From a virus (Duplodnaviria; Caudoviricetes): a DNA stretch of 55,785 nucleotides. This document shows positions 28,489 to 38,007 of the stretch, piece after piece. Within the stretch, counting starts at the first letter, position 1; the number at the start of each line of letters is the position of its first letter. Made by a program: the position numbers and the translations under genes. The notes beneath the pieces were generated by a model. It did no database searches and was not told where the DNA came from. It saw only the letters and a program-made list of their open reading frames with translations. The stretch covers positions 1 through 55,785 of the IMG/VR virus record IMGVR_UViG_3300031652_000003. The stretch is one strand, 5' to 3'.

Positions 28489-29405
28489 GCATTCAAAAAC
28501 CAAATATAAATTTACCGGACACCCTCAGAACTTTTGTGAGGAATTCTGATGCTTACAAATTAACGGAAAGTTTATTTATAACGCCAGATGATTTCTCATT
28601 CACAAAAGCCGAATTTGCTGATGATGATTACTGGTATTCTGAATTAGGTATTAATATATTTCCTCTACATGGAGTTAATGAGTTTGTTTCAAAAGACACA
28701 GAATCAAAAATTATTACGTCACTTCAAGATTATGATTATAAAATCAACAACGGAAAATACAAACACGAGTTTAAATACGATTGGTCGCTTGATTATCACA
28801 AGTTAATTAACGAAATATCAGGACAAAAGATAAGAATTATTTATCGCTCTGGAAATGTATTGAGGGCGACTACTGATGGCTCCACTGTGACAGGGTTTTC
28901 GATATCAACATTTGAACTAGAAAAAATACTATTTAATAGTGGTGATTCTATTGGAAATAGCAAGTTGTTTTTAGAGTGGATGGATTCTGACGAATTAAAC
29001 GTTAATGGATATGAAGTTGAGGTAGATTGGAATCCCGGAAAGATGAATAGGTTGGTGCTAAACATTAATCTAGCATTTGGAAGTGATTCAATAACAATGT
29101 ATGTCAAGTATCTGGATAAAACCATAAGCGACATTAATTCTTCAGACATAACCATAACTGATGAATTAAACGGAAATATAACATTTGGTATATTCATGCC
29201 CGGGGATGGAATTTACCAATTAGGAGATTTTTCTAACACAATAACAAGAGCCTGTATATATGTTCAGAGTACTTTATATATAGGAGCCAAGAAATTCACA
29301 TTTAACTTTATTCTTCAAATTGAGCAAAATCTAAACTTCATAAGCGGAGATAACTGGGAACTTATTAGCGGGGACAATCTTAATTTAATTAATAAAACAG
29401 CGTAA
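28485..29405 (+). CDS. Tail-tube-like paralogue
   Basis: Collinear similarity to 29948-30847. Confidence 0.5.
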   Translation: MSIQKPNINLPDTLRTFVRNSDAYKLTESLFITPDDFSFTKAEFADDDYWYSELGINIFPLHGVNEFVSKDTESKIITSLQDYDYKINNGKYKHEFKYDWSLDYHKLINEISGQKIRIIYRSGNVLRATTDGSTVTGFSISTFELEKILFNSGDSIGNSKLFLEWMDSDELNVNGYEVEVDWNPGKMNRLVLNINLAFGSDSITMYVKYLDKTISDINSSDITITDELNGNITFGIFMPGDGIYQLGDFSNTITRACIYVQSTLYIGAKKFTFNFILQIEQNLNFISGDNWELISGDNLNLINKTA

Positions 29406-29407
29406 TC

Positions 29408-29935
29408 ATGCCGAATATATTAGATATTACGAACATACTAACGACGATAAATGATAATACCTTGCTTTACGGCGGGTCGCCAGCTGCTACTCCTGAAGGT
29501 TACGAGGATGCTAAATTTTCAAAAGCTAATTTGCTTAAAGAGGTGGCCGCACTCATCGTGGCGAATGCTGATGATATCTTGACAAACGCTGGTGATATAA
29601 CAACATTACAATCAACACTTAATGTTGATGCGAATCTTAATGTATCAGGCTTTGGGAACAGGACATTACCCGCGAATGGGGTAATAATAGAATTAAATAT
29701 AACTGTAGTCTCAGGAACTAATGTCGAGGTGTTAATTGGAACAACCGTAGGGGGCGACGAATTGGCAGATTATAGCGGGACAAAAGCTCTCACCACTGGC
29801 GGATTCAAAAGAAAATTAACAACATACAGAAATACTGTTACTGCTGGGGAATCACCATCGAAACCAATATATTTCACAGTAACAGGAGGAAGCGTACATA
29901 TACACACTTATTATAGATTATTAACAACAACATAA
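29408..29935 (+). CDS. Structural protein
   Basis: Synteny; T/G-rich. Confidence 0.55.
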   Translation: MPNILDITNILTTINDNTLLYGGSPAATPEGYEDAKFSKANLLKEVAALIVANADDILTNAGDITTLQSTLNVDANLNVSGFGNRTLPANGVIIELNITVVSGTNVEVLIGTTVGGDELADYSGTKALTTGGFKRKLTTYRNTVTAGESPSKPIYFTVTGGSVHIHTYYRLLTTT

Positions 29936-29947
29936 AAATTAAAGAAA

Positions 29948-30847
29948 ATGGCAGAATTAGGAAGTTGTCCTACTATTTTGGACGGAATGGGAAGCGGTGG
30001 ATGCATCACATCTCCTATTATCAAGTTTATTACTGGATTTATTCCAGCGCTAGAATCTCAACAGTATGATACTTTTGCAGATTTTAATAGTGAATCGGTT
30101 AATAAAACTCAGATTGTATCTGGAGATTTATTGCCGATTGGGATTTTTGATGAAATAGAAAACGTTTCCACAGAAGAATTAACTTCTGAAACATCAAGGG
30201 GAACAAAACTATTTCATCGTAATGGAAAATCTGGATTTATTGGAAAACTTTTATTATCTCCAGACCAAAATCGTATTTTGCAATCTTACGACCAAAATAT
30301 AAGAGCAGGTTATATAATGGATGATGAGGGCAATAGGTTAGGTACGTCAGCGGATGGGATAATAGTCAAGCCTCTGTCTGTGTCGTATTTCAAAGTAAAA
30401 CCTATGGATTTACCATTCTCGGCGGATGGTTCCGCATGGTCTATGATTGAGGTTCAATTTGAATTTGTTGATGAAATTAACAAACAACCAGCCTATTCTA
30501 TATCAGACGAGTTAGATTGGATTCCAACAAAAGTTCTAAAACCGCTTACTAAGATAACCTTATCGCCCGGAGCGATGGCGACTTTTGCTTTTGTGTGTTC
30601 GTTCGCTTATGTCGACCCAACAACCGGTAAGTCAGTGCCTTTAACAGGTCTTGGAACAGATGGAGCTGAGCTTACGGTTCTTGATCAAGCTGGGGCTGCC
30701 GCTACGGTAACAGTCGCTCCTGTAGTTGGTACTCCAGGCGATTATACAATAACAGACAGTGGGGCAGGCATGACTAGCGGTTCAATTAAGCTCAATGCGA
30801 CTGTAGATTCATTTTATTACTCTGACACAACAACTGTATCTGCTTAA
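29948..30847 (+). CDS. Major tail (tube) protein
   Basis: Synteny; Ig-like T/G-rich C-terminus. Confidence 0.6.
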   Translation: MAELGSCPTILDGMGSGGCITSPIIKFITGFIPALESQQYDTFADFNSESVNKTQIVSGDLLPIGIFDEIENVSTEELTSETSRGTKLFHRNGKSGFIGKLLLSPDQNRILQSYDQNIRAGYIMDDEGNRLGTSADGIIVKPLSVSYFKVKPMDLPFSADGSAWSMIEVQFEFVDEINKQPAYSISDELDWIPTKVLKPLTKITLSPGAMATFAFVCSFAYVDPTTGKSVPLTGLGTDGAELTVLDQAGAAATVTVAPVVGTPGDYTITDSGAGMTSGSIKLNATVDSFYYSDTTTVSA

Positions 30848-31263
30848 TGACATTAGACAGCTTCATAAGGAACGTTCAAAATCTTAATGCCAAGGCTTTA
30901 ATTCTAAAGGCGGCAGCTCTTAAGAAAAAAGAGCTTGCCGACCTTAATAGGAGCAATCTATCAAAAGGTAAGTTAGCCAGCGGTGATGATACTATGGAGT
31001 ATAAGTCAATATCGTACATCAACGAAAAGGTGTCAATAGGAAGTATTTCTGTACCTAATATGGATTTCAAGCTAATTGGAAGTTTTCACAAAGGTATAAG
31101 CGTGGATGTTGGTAATGAAATTGTTTTTAATGGAGCTGACGAGAAAACATCTAAACTGTTACAGATATATGGAGACGATTTGTTGACTGTTCAGACAGAT
31201 GATTTGATTAAAACTACAGACCCGGAAATTGTAAAAATAATGAATAAAGAGATGACTAAATGA
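30847..31263 (+). CDS. Tail completion protein (HK97 gp10-like)
   Basis: Motif D..L.GSFH..I...YG; synteny. Confidence 0.5.
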   Translation: MTLDSFIRNVQNLNAKALILKAAALKKKELADLNRSNLSKGKLASGDDTMEYKSISYINEKVSIGSISVPNMDFKLIGSFHKGISVDVGNEIVFNGADEKTSKLLQIYGDDLLTVQTDDLIKTTDPEIVKIMNKEMTK

Positions 31264-31359
31264 AAGAAACTAAGCTACGAAAAAAAACAAGGAAAATGAA
31301 TTCAAAAAACATTCCTATATCTGAAATTAAGAATGGTATTAACATAATGAAATCAGCAT

Positions 31360-31665
31360 ATGAAAATTAAAAGCTATTTAATAACAGCAAAGCAAAAAGC
31401 TCACCTTTCAAAGGGTTCTAATTTCTATGTCACAAAACAAGGAATTAAACGTGATTTTAACTTGATGGGCGCTAAGTACGAATACAAAGTTTATTTTAAA
31501 AATGGACTATACGTTGAAAATTATGAAGGAGCTAAAATTGAGAAACCTACTGTTTTGGAAAAAGAAAGAAAAACAAAACCGGAAGAAAAAGGAAGTAAAA
31601 AAGCTACCATATCACCAGAGTTGCGAAACCCTGCCGCTGAGAAGGTTGATAAAAATGTCAAATAA
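31360..31665 (+). CDS. Hypothetical protein, possible tail chaperone
   Basis: ORF track. Confidence 0.5.
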   Translation: MKIKSYLITAKQKAHLSKGSNFYVTKQGIKRDFNLMGAKYEYKVYFKNGLYVENYEGAKIEKPTVLEKERKTKPEEKGSKKATISPELRNPAAEKVDKNVK

Positions 31666-32143
31666 GAAAGATGTCCGGTATTTGCTTATAGATGAGTTTT
31701 GGCCTGAAGATTACGAGGATTCGGATTTATACGCTAAAGCCGATGAAATATTGTGGGAAAATCAAAAACTGAAAGGCGATAGGTCATATCAAAAGAGTAT
31801 AAGAGATGAAGGAAATAAAAAAAACGAAGAAGGTAGAATAAAATTCCTGTCTGTATTGCTTTATCTCTTTGATTTAGATGAAAAATCAGCCTTATATGTT
31901 ATAAAAGAAACCAACTCAAAGTACAAAACAAAAGAAGAAGTAAAAAAGGCTTTGAATAATAGAATATTCGATAAAGAAGTTGAGAGAGTTCAAGCTGAAG
32001 GAAAAGAACAGATAAAAAAAGAAATTACATTCGAATCTATGTGTATTCCAATTGAAAAACATTTCAAAATAACACTTGACAGAGATATAACAGTTGTCAA
32101 GTATTGGGCTTGGGTAGAGGAATTAAAAAGAGCAACCGCATAA
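31502..32143 (+). CDS. Tail assembly chaperone-like protein (start uncertain)
   Basis: Immediately before the tape measure gene. Confidence 0.55.
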   Translation: MDYTLKIMKELKLRNLLFWKKKEKQNRKKKEVKKLPYHQSCETLPLRRLIKMSNKKDVRYLLIDEFWPEDYEDSDLYAKADEILWENQKLKGDRSYQKSIRDEGNKKNEEGRIKFLSVLLYLFDLDEKSALYVIKETNSKYKTKEEVKKALNNRIFDKEVERVQAEGKEQIKKEITFESMCIPIEKHFKITLDRDITVVKYWAWVEELKRATA

Positions 32144-32153
32144 TATAAAAGAG

Positions 32154-35009
32154 ATGGCAAACGATGTATTTCAAGATGTAGATGATGCGGTAAAAAAATT
32201 GTTACCTCAATTGGAAGCGGTTCAAAAAGCTATAAAAGGCGTTTCAACTGAATTAATAGCTCTTGATAAAACAACAAAAACAACTGCCAAAAACCAATCC
32301 GACTTAAAACAAAAAACATCTCAATTATCGGCGGTAGATAAACAGCTTATTAAATTAGATAAACAGCTTGAGACAGCTGAAGCTCAGTTAACTGAAGAAT
32401 ATAAGCAGGTACAAAAGGCTGTGCTGAAGAAGAAAGAAGCTGTTAAGCAATCTAACGACGAATTAAAAAAACAAGCTGGAATAGTTAAAAAAGCTTCAAC
32501 TGAGTTAACATCTCTCGAAAAAACAACAAAAAATGTCGCTAAAAGCCAATCCGATTTAAAGGCGAAAAGCTCTCAATTATCGGATGTAGATAAAGAGCTT
32601 ATTAAGCTTGATAAGCAAATGGCTATTGCAGAAACTAAGCTTACAAATGAATATAAGCAGGTACAAAAAGCATTAATTAGAAAACAAGAAGCGCAAAAAA
32701 AGGCTGCGGCTGCCATAAGAGAAGAAGTCACAGGTGCAAAGGCTGCAAAAAAAGCTGCACAAGATCAAAGGAAAGCAGCTCAAGAGTTAAATAGAGCGCA
32801 CGCCGAAGCTATAAAAATAAACAACAAACTAAACCAAACACAAAAAAAGTCAAGCGGGTACTTTAAAAATATGGCCAAAACGATGCTTGCTACAGGGGCG
32901 GCATTATTCGGAATCAACAAATTATTGAGTTCGTTCAATAAACTCATAAGCAATTCTATTAAAAACGCAGATAAGCAACTAAAGGCCGAACGAATGCTTT
33001 TAGTTGCTTTGGATGGCCGTGAAGACGCACAAAAAAAACTTATATCTCAAGCGCAGCAATTACAAAAAGAAACCTTATTTGGCGATGAAGAAACAATAAA
33101 AGCTCAAGCGTTAATAGCTGCATTCGTTAAAGAAGAAGATCAGATAAAAAAAATAATTCCGTTAGTTCAAGATTTGGCTACAGCTAAAGGTATGGGTTTA
33201 GCCGGAGCCGCTGATTTAGTTAGTAAAACACTAGGAAGCAGTACCAACGCTTTAGCAAGATACGGCATACAGGTTGAGGGTAGTGTAGGAGGAACGCAGC
33301 GTCTTGAGTCGTTAGCCAGAAGTTTAAGCAATGCATTTGGCGGCCAAGCTAAAGCTGCGGCTGAAGCTGGAGCAGGAGGATTAACGCAACTTAAAAATGT
33401 GCTTGGAGATGTTTCCGAGAACATGGGTAAAAAATTACTCCCTTTTATAAATAGAGTATCTAAAGCTTTAATTAATAAATTAAGCCCTCAAGAAAAAACT
33501 GTTAATTTATATAAACTTGAAAATAAGGAATTGACCGCATTGTTTGGCAGTCTAAAAAACACAAACTTATCTCAAGGAGCAAGAAATAAATTATTAACAG
33601 AGGTAAATACAAAGTATGGAAAATATTTACCAAATCTACTAACCGAAAAATCTACTTTAGAAGATATAGAAAAAGCCGAAAAGGGAATAAATAAACAATT
33701 AAAACTTAAAGTAATACAACAGGCTTTTCAAGAAGAAATTAACGAGTTATTAAAAGAGCAGTTGAATGCTCAAGAATCACTTATAAATAACGAAATAGCC
33801 TTAGATAAAATATCACAAGATAGGTTAACTGTTATAAGTGCAGGTGGAGCGGCTGCACTAGAACTTCAAAAAGACTTAATAAAAACTACAAATGGTTTAT
33901 TTCAAGCTCAAGTAGATAATAACGATAAAGAAGTAAAAAGTACTGAGGATAAATTCAAAAGAATAGGGGAGCTTTATGGTATCGCATTTTCAGAAATAGA
34001 GGCAGCTATGCAAGCTGAAACCGAAGTAGCTAATGTCGAGAATAACAAACAAGTAGAATCTACCAAAAAGAAATACAAAACTCAAGTTGAAATAGATAAT
34101 GAAACTAAGCAAGAGAGATTAAAAAACTATCAAGATTTCTTAAATAAAAGAGAAATCGCAGATCAACAGGCTGATCAAGATGCAATAAAACGAGCCGAAG
34201 TGTTAGCTCAAGAAAGACTAAGAATACTTGAAGAAGAAACAGAAGAAGCAACAGAACTAAGAAAAAAAGCTAAAGAAGAAGAATTAAAGCTAGAAAAAGA
34301 ATGGGAAGATGCTAAACTAGCAATAAAAGAGGCTGGATTAGACGCCGCCGGTAAAATTGCAAGTGATAGATTAATAGCAGGAGTAGATGAAAAATTAAAT
34401 GCATTTTTAGCCGAGAATGAAGCTGAACAAAAAATACTGGATGATAGGTTGGATAAAGGTAAAATATCTGAATCTGAATATCTGAGAGAAACTAAGAAAT
34501 TAAAGGATAAGGCTAAGCTTGAAGAAATTAAAGCCGAAAAAAAGAAAGCTCAATACGAGAACTTAATCAACACTCTAGTAGCGATAACAAAAGCTCTGCC
34601 AAATATTCCTCTATCTATAGCTATCGGAGCCGCAGGATTAGCTAACGGAATAGCCATTGCAGCTGAACCAGTACCTAAATTTAGACTTGGTACAGATAAT
34701 TTTGAGGGAGGTTTAGCTGATGTTCATACGGGAGAAATTATTAAATTAGCCGATGGTTCTATGTACGAAACTCCGGTAGGAGAGACAAGAATATACTTAC
34801 CTCCAGCCACAGATGTTATTCCGGCACATAAAGCTGAAACAATTATCAAAGAGAATAATTCTGGAGAAGAAATAAGTATACTAAAAAGTATTGACAGAAA
34901 ACTAAGCAAACAAAACAATAATATCCAAGCGACTTGGACGCATAAGGGATTAAAAGTAAGAGATTATAATAATAATATTGACAGAACGTATATTGGAAAA
35001 TACAGATAA
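32154..35009 (+). CDS. Tape measure protein
   Basis: 951 aa, helical and A/K/E/Q-rich, 84-aa tandem duplication. Confidence 0.9.
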   Translation: MANDVFQDVDDAVKKLLPQLEAVQKAIKGVSTELIALDKTTKTTAKNQSDLKQKTSQLSAVDKQLIKLDKQLETAEAQLTEEYKQVQKAVLKKKEAVKQSNDELKKQAGIVKKASTELTSLEKTTKNVAKSQSDLKAKSSQLSDVDKELIKLDKQMAIAETKLTNEYKQVQKALIRKQEAQKKAAAAIREEVTGAKAAKKAAQDQRKAAQELNRAHAEAIKINNKLNQTQKKSSGYFKNMAKTMLATGAALFGINKLLSSFNKLISNSIKNADKQLKAERMLLVALDGREDAQKKLISQAQQLQKETLFGDEETIKAQALIAAFVKEEDQIKKIIPLVQDLATAKGMGLAGAADLVSKTLGSSTNALARYGIQVEGSVGGTQRLESLARSLSNAFGGQAKAAAEAGAGGLTQLKNVLGDVSENMGKKLLPFINRVSKALINKLSPQEKTVNLYKLENKELTALFGSLKNTNLSQGARNKLLTEVNTKYGKYLPNLLTEKSTLEDIEKAEKGINKQLKLKVIQQAFQEEINELLKEQLNAQESLINNEIALDKISQDRLTVISAGGAAALELQKDLIKTTNGLFQAQVDNNDKEVKSTEDKFKRIGELYGIAFSEIEAAMQAETEVANVENNKQVESTKKKYKTQVEIDNETKQERLKNYQDFLNKREIADQQADQDAIKRAEVLAQERLRILEEETEEATELRKKAKEEELKLEKEWEDAKLAIKEAGLDAAGKIASDRLIAGVDEKLNAFLAENEAEQKILDDRLDKGKISESEYLRETKKLKDKAKLEEIKAEKKKAQYENLINTLVAITKALPNIPLSIAIGAAGLANGIAIAAEPVPKFRLGTDNFEGGLADVHTGEIIKLADGSMYETPVGETRIYLPPATDVIPAHKAETIIKENNSGEEISILKSIDRKLSKQNNNIQATWTHKGLKVRDYNNNIDRTYIGKYR

Positions 35010-37165
35010 TGAATGTAAATCCTTATTATATAATATTAACTAATTTAAAAACGTCAGCTTCTAAAACTGATGTGCGTATTTCGAATTGGCAAGGAATAAC
35101 CGAAAGACTATTTAGAAGTGTTGATTACGGAGCTATTAATCTTAATCAAACTTTACCTATAAATTTTCCTCGCATAGGAAGTTTAGCAACCGATAAAGGG
35201 GGGTATTATTTTATCGATAGCGCTAAAAATGCCGACGGGGTTAAAGCTCAAGTTCAGATAGAAATAAAAAGACTCGACGGTGACACAAATAGTTATGTAG
35301 ATTCGTTTATAGGTATGTTGGACTTCAGGCCTTCAGCTGGGTACAATAAACAGGATGAAATTATTGAATGTAAAGTTATAGATTCAAGTAAGTTTTCAAA
35401 ATTTAGTTCACGCGATGAAATAGATTATAATGTGTTTAGTCTAGTAAGCTCTGATAGTATTACTATGCAAGATTTCACTAATCCTTACACCGAAGCAACT
35501 TATAAACCAGTCGATATATATGCTAAATGTGTTTCTAGTGGAGGACTTGAGGGGACAAGGGGTGCTGCTAGTATATTCACGGCAGCTTTAAGGTGGGATT
35601 ATGAGGGTGTTACTAGTATTAATGAGATAGGGGATAGGGTTAAAATTTCAACTACTCCATCAAATAATACAGTATATATAAACGAAACAGATATAGATGT
35701 TGAAATAACTGGTGTTTCAGTACAGGGTCGTGCAAAATTCTTTTTTATAGTATCATCATTCACTGGAACAAAATGGGATGCTGAGTTGTTGATTATTTCA
35801 AAATCAGATATTATAGGGCGAATCAATACACAAACTATTGCTACATTCACTGGAACATCAGCAGGATTAATAAATGTAGATGAAGATTTTGATTTTGATT
35901 TAATTCCTTTAGTTCCAGATGTGTTGCCTCCAGGGGAGGAATATAAATTTTTCTTTCAATTCAATCTAACAGTAACGCTAGGTTTAGCGGATTTAACCGT
36001 TGTCATTACTAATGAATTCGATATATACAATTATACATTTTACGAAAAAACATCAGGATGGCCTGAAAACCAAATAAGAGGTTTATACTCACACGAGGTA
36101 ATGAGTAGGTTAATTCAGCTTATTACTTCAGAAACTGACACAAGTAAATTAATTTATTCAACCTTACTTGGTAGACCTAATTCCGAATTTCAAACATATG
36201 TGGGTAATGGCACACTTGGTTTAGAATTTTTTACAAATGGAGCGCAATTGCGGCAATTGGTAAATAGAGCTTTAAATATTAATTTTAAAGATGCTTTCAA
36301 ATCACTTAACGCAATTACTCCAATCGGATGTTGGTATGATAAAACTAATGATTATTTTGTTATAGAAAGGATTGATAATTTTTATTTGTCTGAGTATTAT
36401 ACCTTTAACCTAGGTCAAGTGAGAGATATTAAAACAACTGATTTTAAAGAATTATACTTTAATACAATTCTAACTGGATACCCAAAAACTGAATACGAAG
36501 AGTTTAATGGAGTAAATGAAGTTAATACCGAGACAGAACACGAAATATCTATAGAAGAAAAAACAAAATATGATATTCGATCACCATATTATGGCGATAC
36601 TAAAGGTCAGGAATTCGCAAGAAGGAGAAATGTATCTGTGGCAGCTTCGAAAGATACTAAATATGATAATAATGTATATATAACAAGTTTAAATATATCA
36701 AATGAGACAATTCAAGGAGGTTTGTCTGATTTAGCCGGTTATGCAGGTGTTGAACAAGATTATAATTTAACAAAAACACCGAGGCAAAATTTACAAAGAC
36801 ATTTTAAAATAATTCAATCTCCATTGTATAAAGCTCCTTCGGATATATTCTCATTTAGAAAATCGGCAAAGGACACCAATATAACATATACTGACCCTGA
36901 AACTCTCACTCTTGTTAATGAATTAAATAACTTAAGCCAATACGCTATAACCAACAATATAATAGACCCCGAGCTAGATGAATTTGAAGGAATAATTAAT
37001 GAGGATATAGCAAACGAAATAACCGAAAATCCACATAAAATTATTAAATACCTAGATAGAGAAGGAAATAGAAAATATGGATATATTTGGGAAGTCGAAT
37101 TTAATAGATATACAAAAGAGGCTACTTATAGATTGATTAAAGTAAACGAAAACAGACTACCATAA
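35009..37165 (+). CDS. Tail tip or hub protein
   Basis: Follows the tape measure gene. Confidence 0.65.
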   Translation: MNVNPYYIILTNLKTSASKTDVRISNWQGITERLFRSVDYGAINLNQTLPINFPRIGSLATDKGGYYFIDSAKNADGVKAQVQIEIKRLDGDTNSYVDSFIGMLDFRPSAGYNKQDEIIECKVIDSSKFSKFSSRDEIDYNVFSLVSSDSITMQDFTNPYTEATYKPVDIYAKCVSSGGLEGTRGAASIFTAALRWDYEGVTSINEIGDRVKISTTPSNNTVYINETDIDVEITGVSVQGRAKFFFIVSSFTGTKWDAELLIISKSDIIGRINTQTIATFTGTSAGLINVDEDFDFDLIPLVPDVLPPGEEYKFFFQFNLTVTLGLADLTVVITNEFDIYNYTFYEKTSGWPENQIRGLYSHEVMSRLIQLITSETDTSKLIYSTLLGRPNSEFQTYVGNGTLGLEFFTNGAQLRQLVNRALNINFKDAFKSLNAITPIGCWYDKTNDYFVIERIDNFYLSEYYTFNLGQVRDIKTTDFKELYFNTILTGYPKTEYEEFNGVNEVNTETEHEISIEEKTKYDIRSPYYGDTKGQEFARRRNVSVAASKDTKYDNNVYITSLNISNETIQGGLSDLAGYAGVEQDYNLTKTPRQNLQRHFKIIQSPLYKAPSDIFSFRKSAKDTNITYTDPETLTLVNELNNLSQYAITNNIIDPELDEFEGIINEDIANEITENPHKIIKYLDREGNRKYGYIWEVEFNRYTKEATYRLIKVNENRLP

Positions 37166-37980
37166 TGGCAACGATAATACCATACATGAACCCATTGAGG
37201 TTCACAAAAAGAGGAGCAGGTGTAGATATAGACTACCATACTAGGCTTCCCCGTTATGATCTTATGTATAATGGAGTTGACTATCAAAGAGGTATAATCG
37301 CTAATAAAAGCTATTACCCTGATCACTTGAAAACTAATAAATTAACATTTGAGTTTTTGACGACTACAGCTCAAAGCAGCATACAGGCTATTATCCTTAA
37401 GCCAGATGGAACTTCCAACAATTTGACTATAAAAAATATAACGCCAACTGGATGGGTATCCAAGCCTATATACACATTTACTTATTATCCCATAGACGTA
37501 GGTTATCATCAGGTATCGATAAAGACAGAGACATGGTATGATTCGGATATATTTTACAATAACATAAACGGAGATGATTCACTTAAGAACTTGGTTGAGT
37601 TTGAATATCGAGACAGCCAAAATAGATACGCTGCGTTTTTTACAGGGGATAACGGAAGTTGGATACCTAAAGCTTATTATACAGGGTTCGTTATAGAGGG
37701 GGATGGAGAAACAGAACAATCATTATTCATTGACCAACCCGGGAACCCAACTATTCTCGAAACCACCGAATCAGATGGGTTAATAGTGACGCTAACAGAC
37801 TTGACAATAAAAGACTATAAACGCATAAGATGGCAAAGAAAATGCGATGATTTTCGTGTAAACGGCTCTAAAGTTGTATGCTTAGATATCTCCTCAGAAA
37901 GGAAAGACCCTAACTCAAATATGATTGATGTGACATTAAAATGTGCTTATGCTGAAAATAATGGTTATTATGTTTATTAA
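37165..37980 (+). CDS. Tail protein
   Basis: Synteny. Confidence 0.55.
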   Translation: MATIIPYMNPLRFTKRGAGVDIDYHTRLPRYDLMYNGVDYQRGIIANKSYYPDHLKTNKLTFEFLTTTAQSSIQAIILKPDGTSNNLTIKNITPTGWVSKPIYTFTYYPIDVGYHQVSIKTETWYDSDIFYNNINGDDSLKNLVEFEYRDSQNRYAAFFTGDNGSWIPKAYYTGFVIEGDGETEQSLFIDQPGNPTILETTESDGLIVTLTDLTIKDYKRIRWQRKCDDFRVNGSKVVCLDISSERKDPNSNMIDVTLKCAYAENNGYYVY

Positions 37981-38007
37981 ATTTCGTAACTTGCAAAAAA
38001 TATAACA

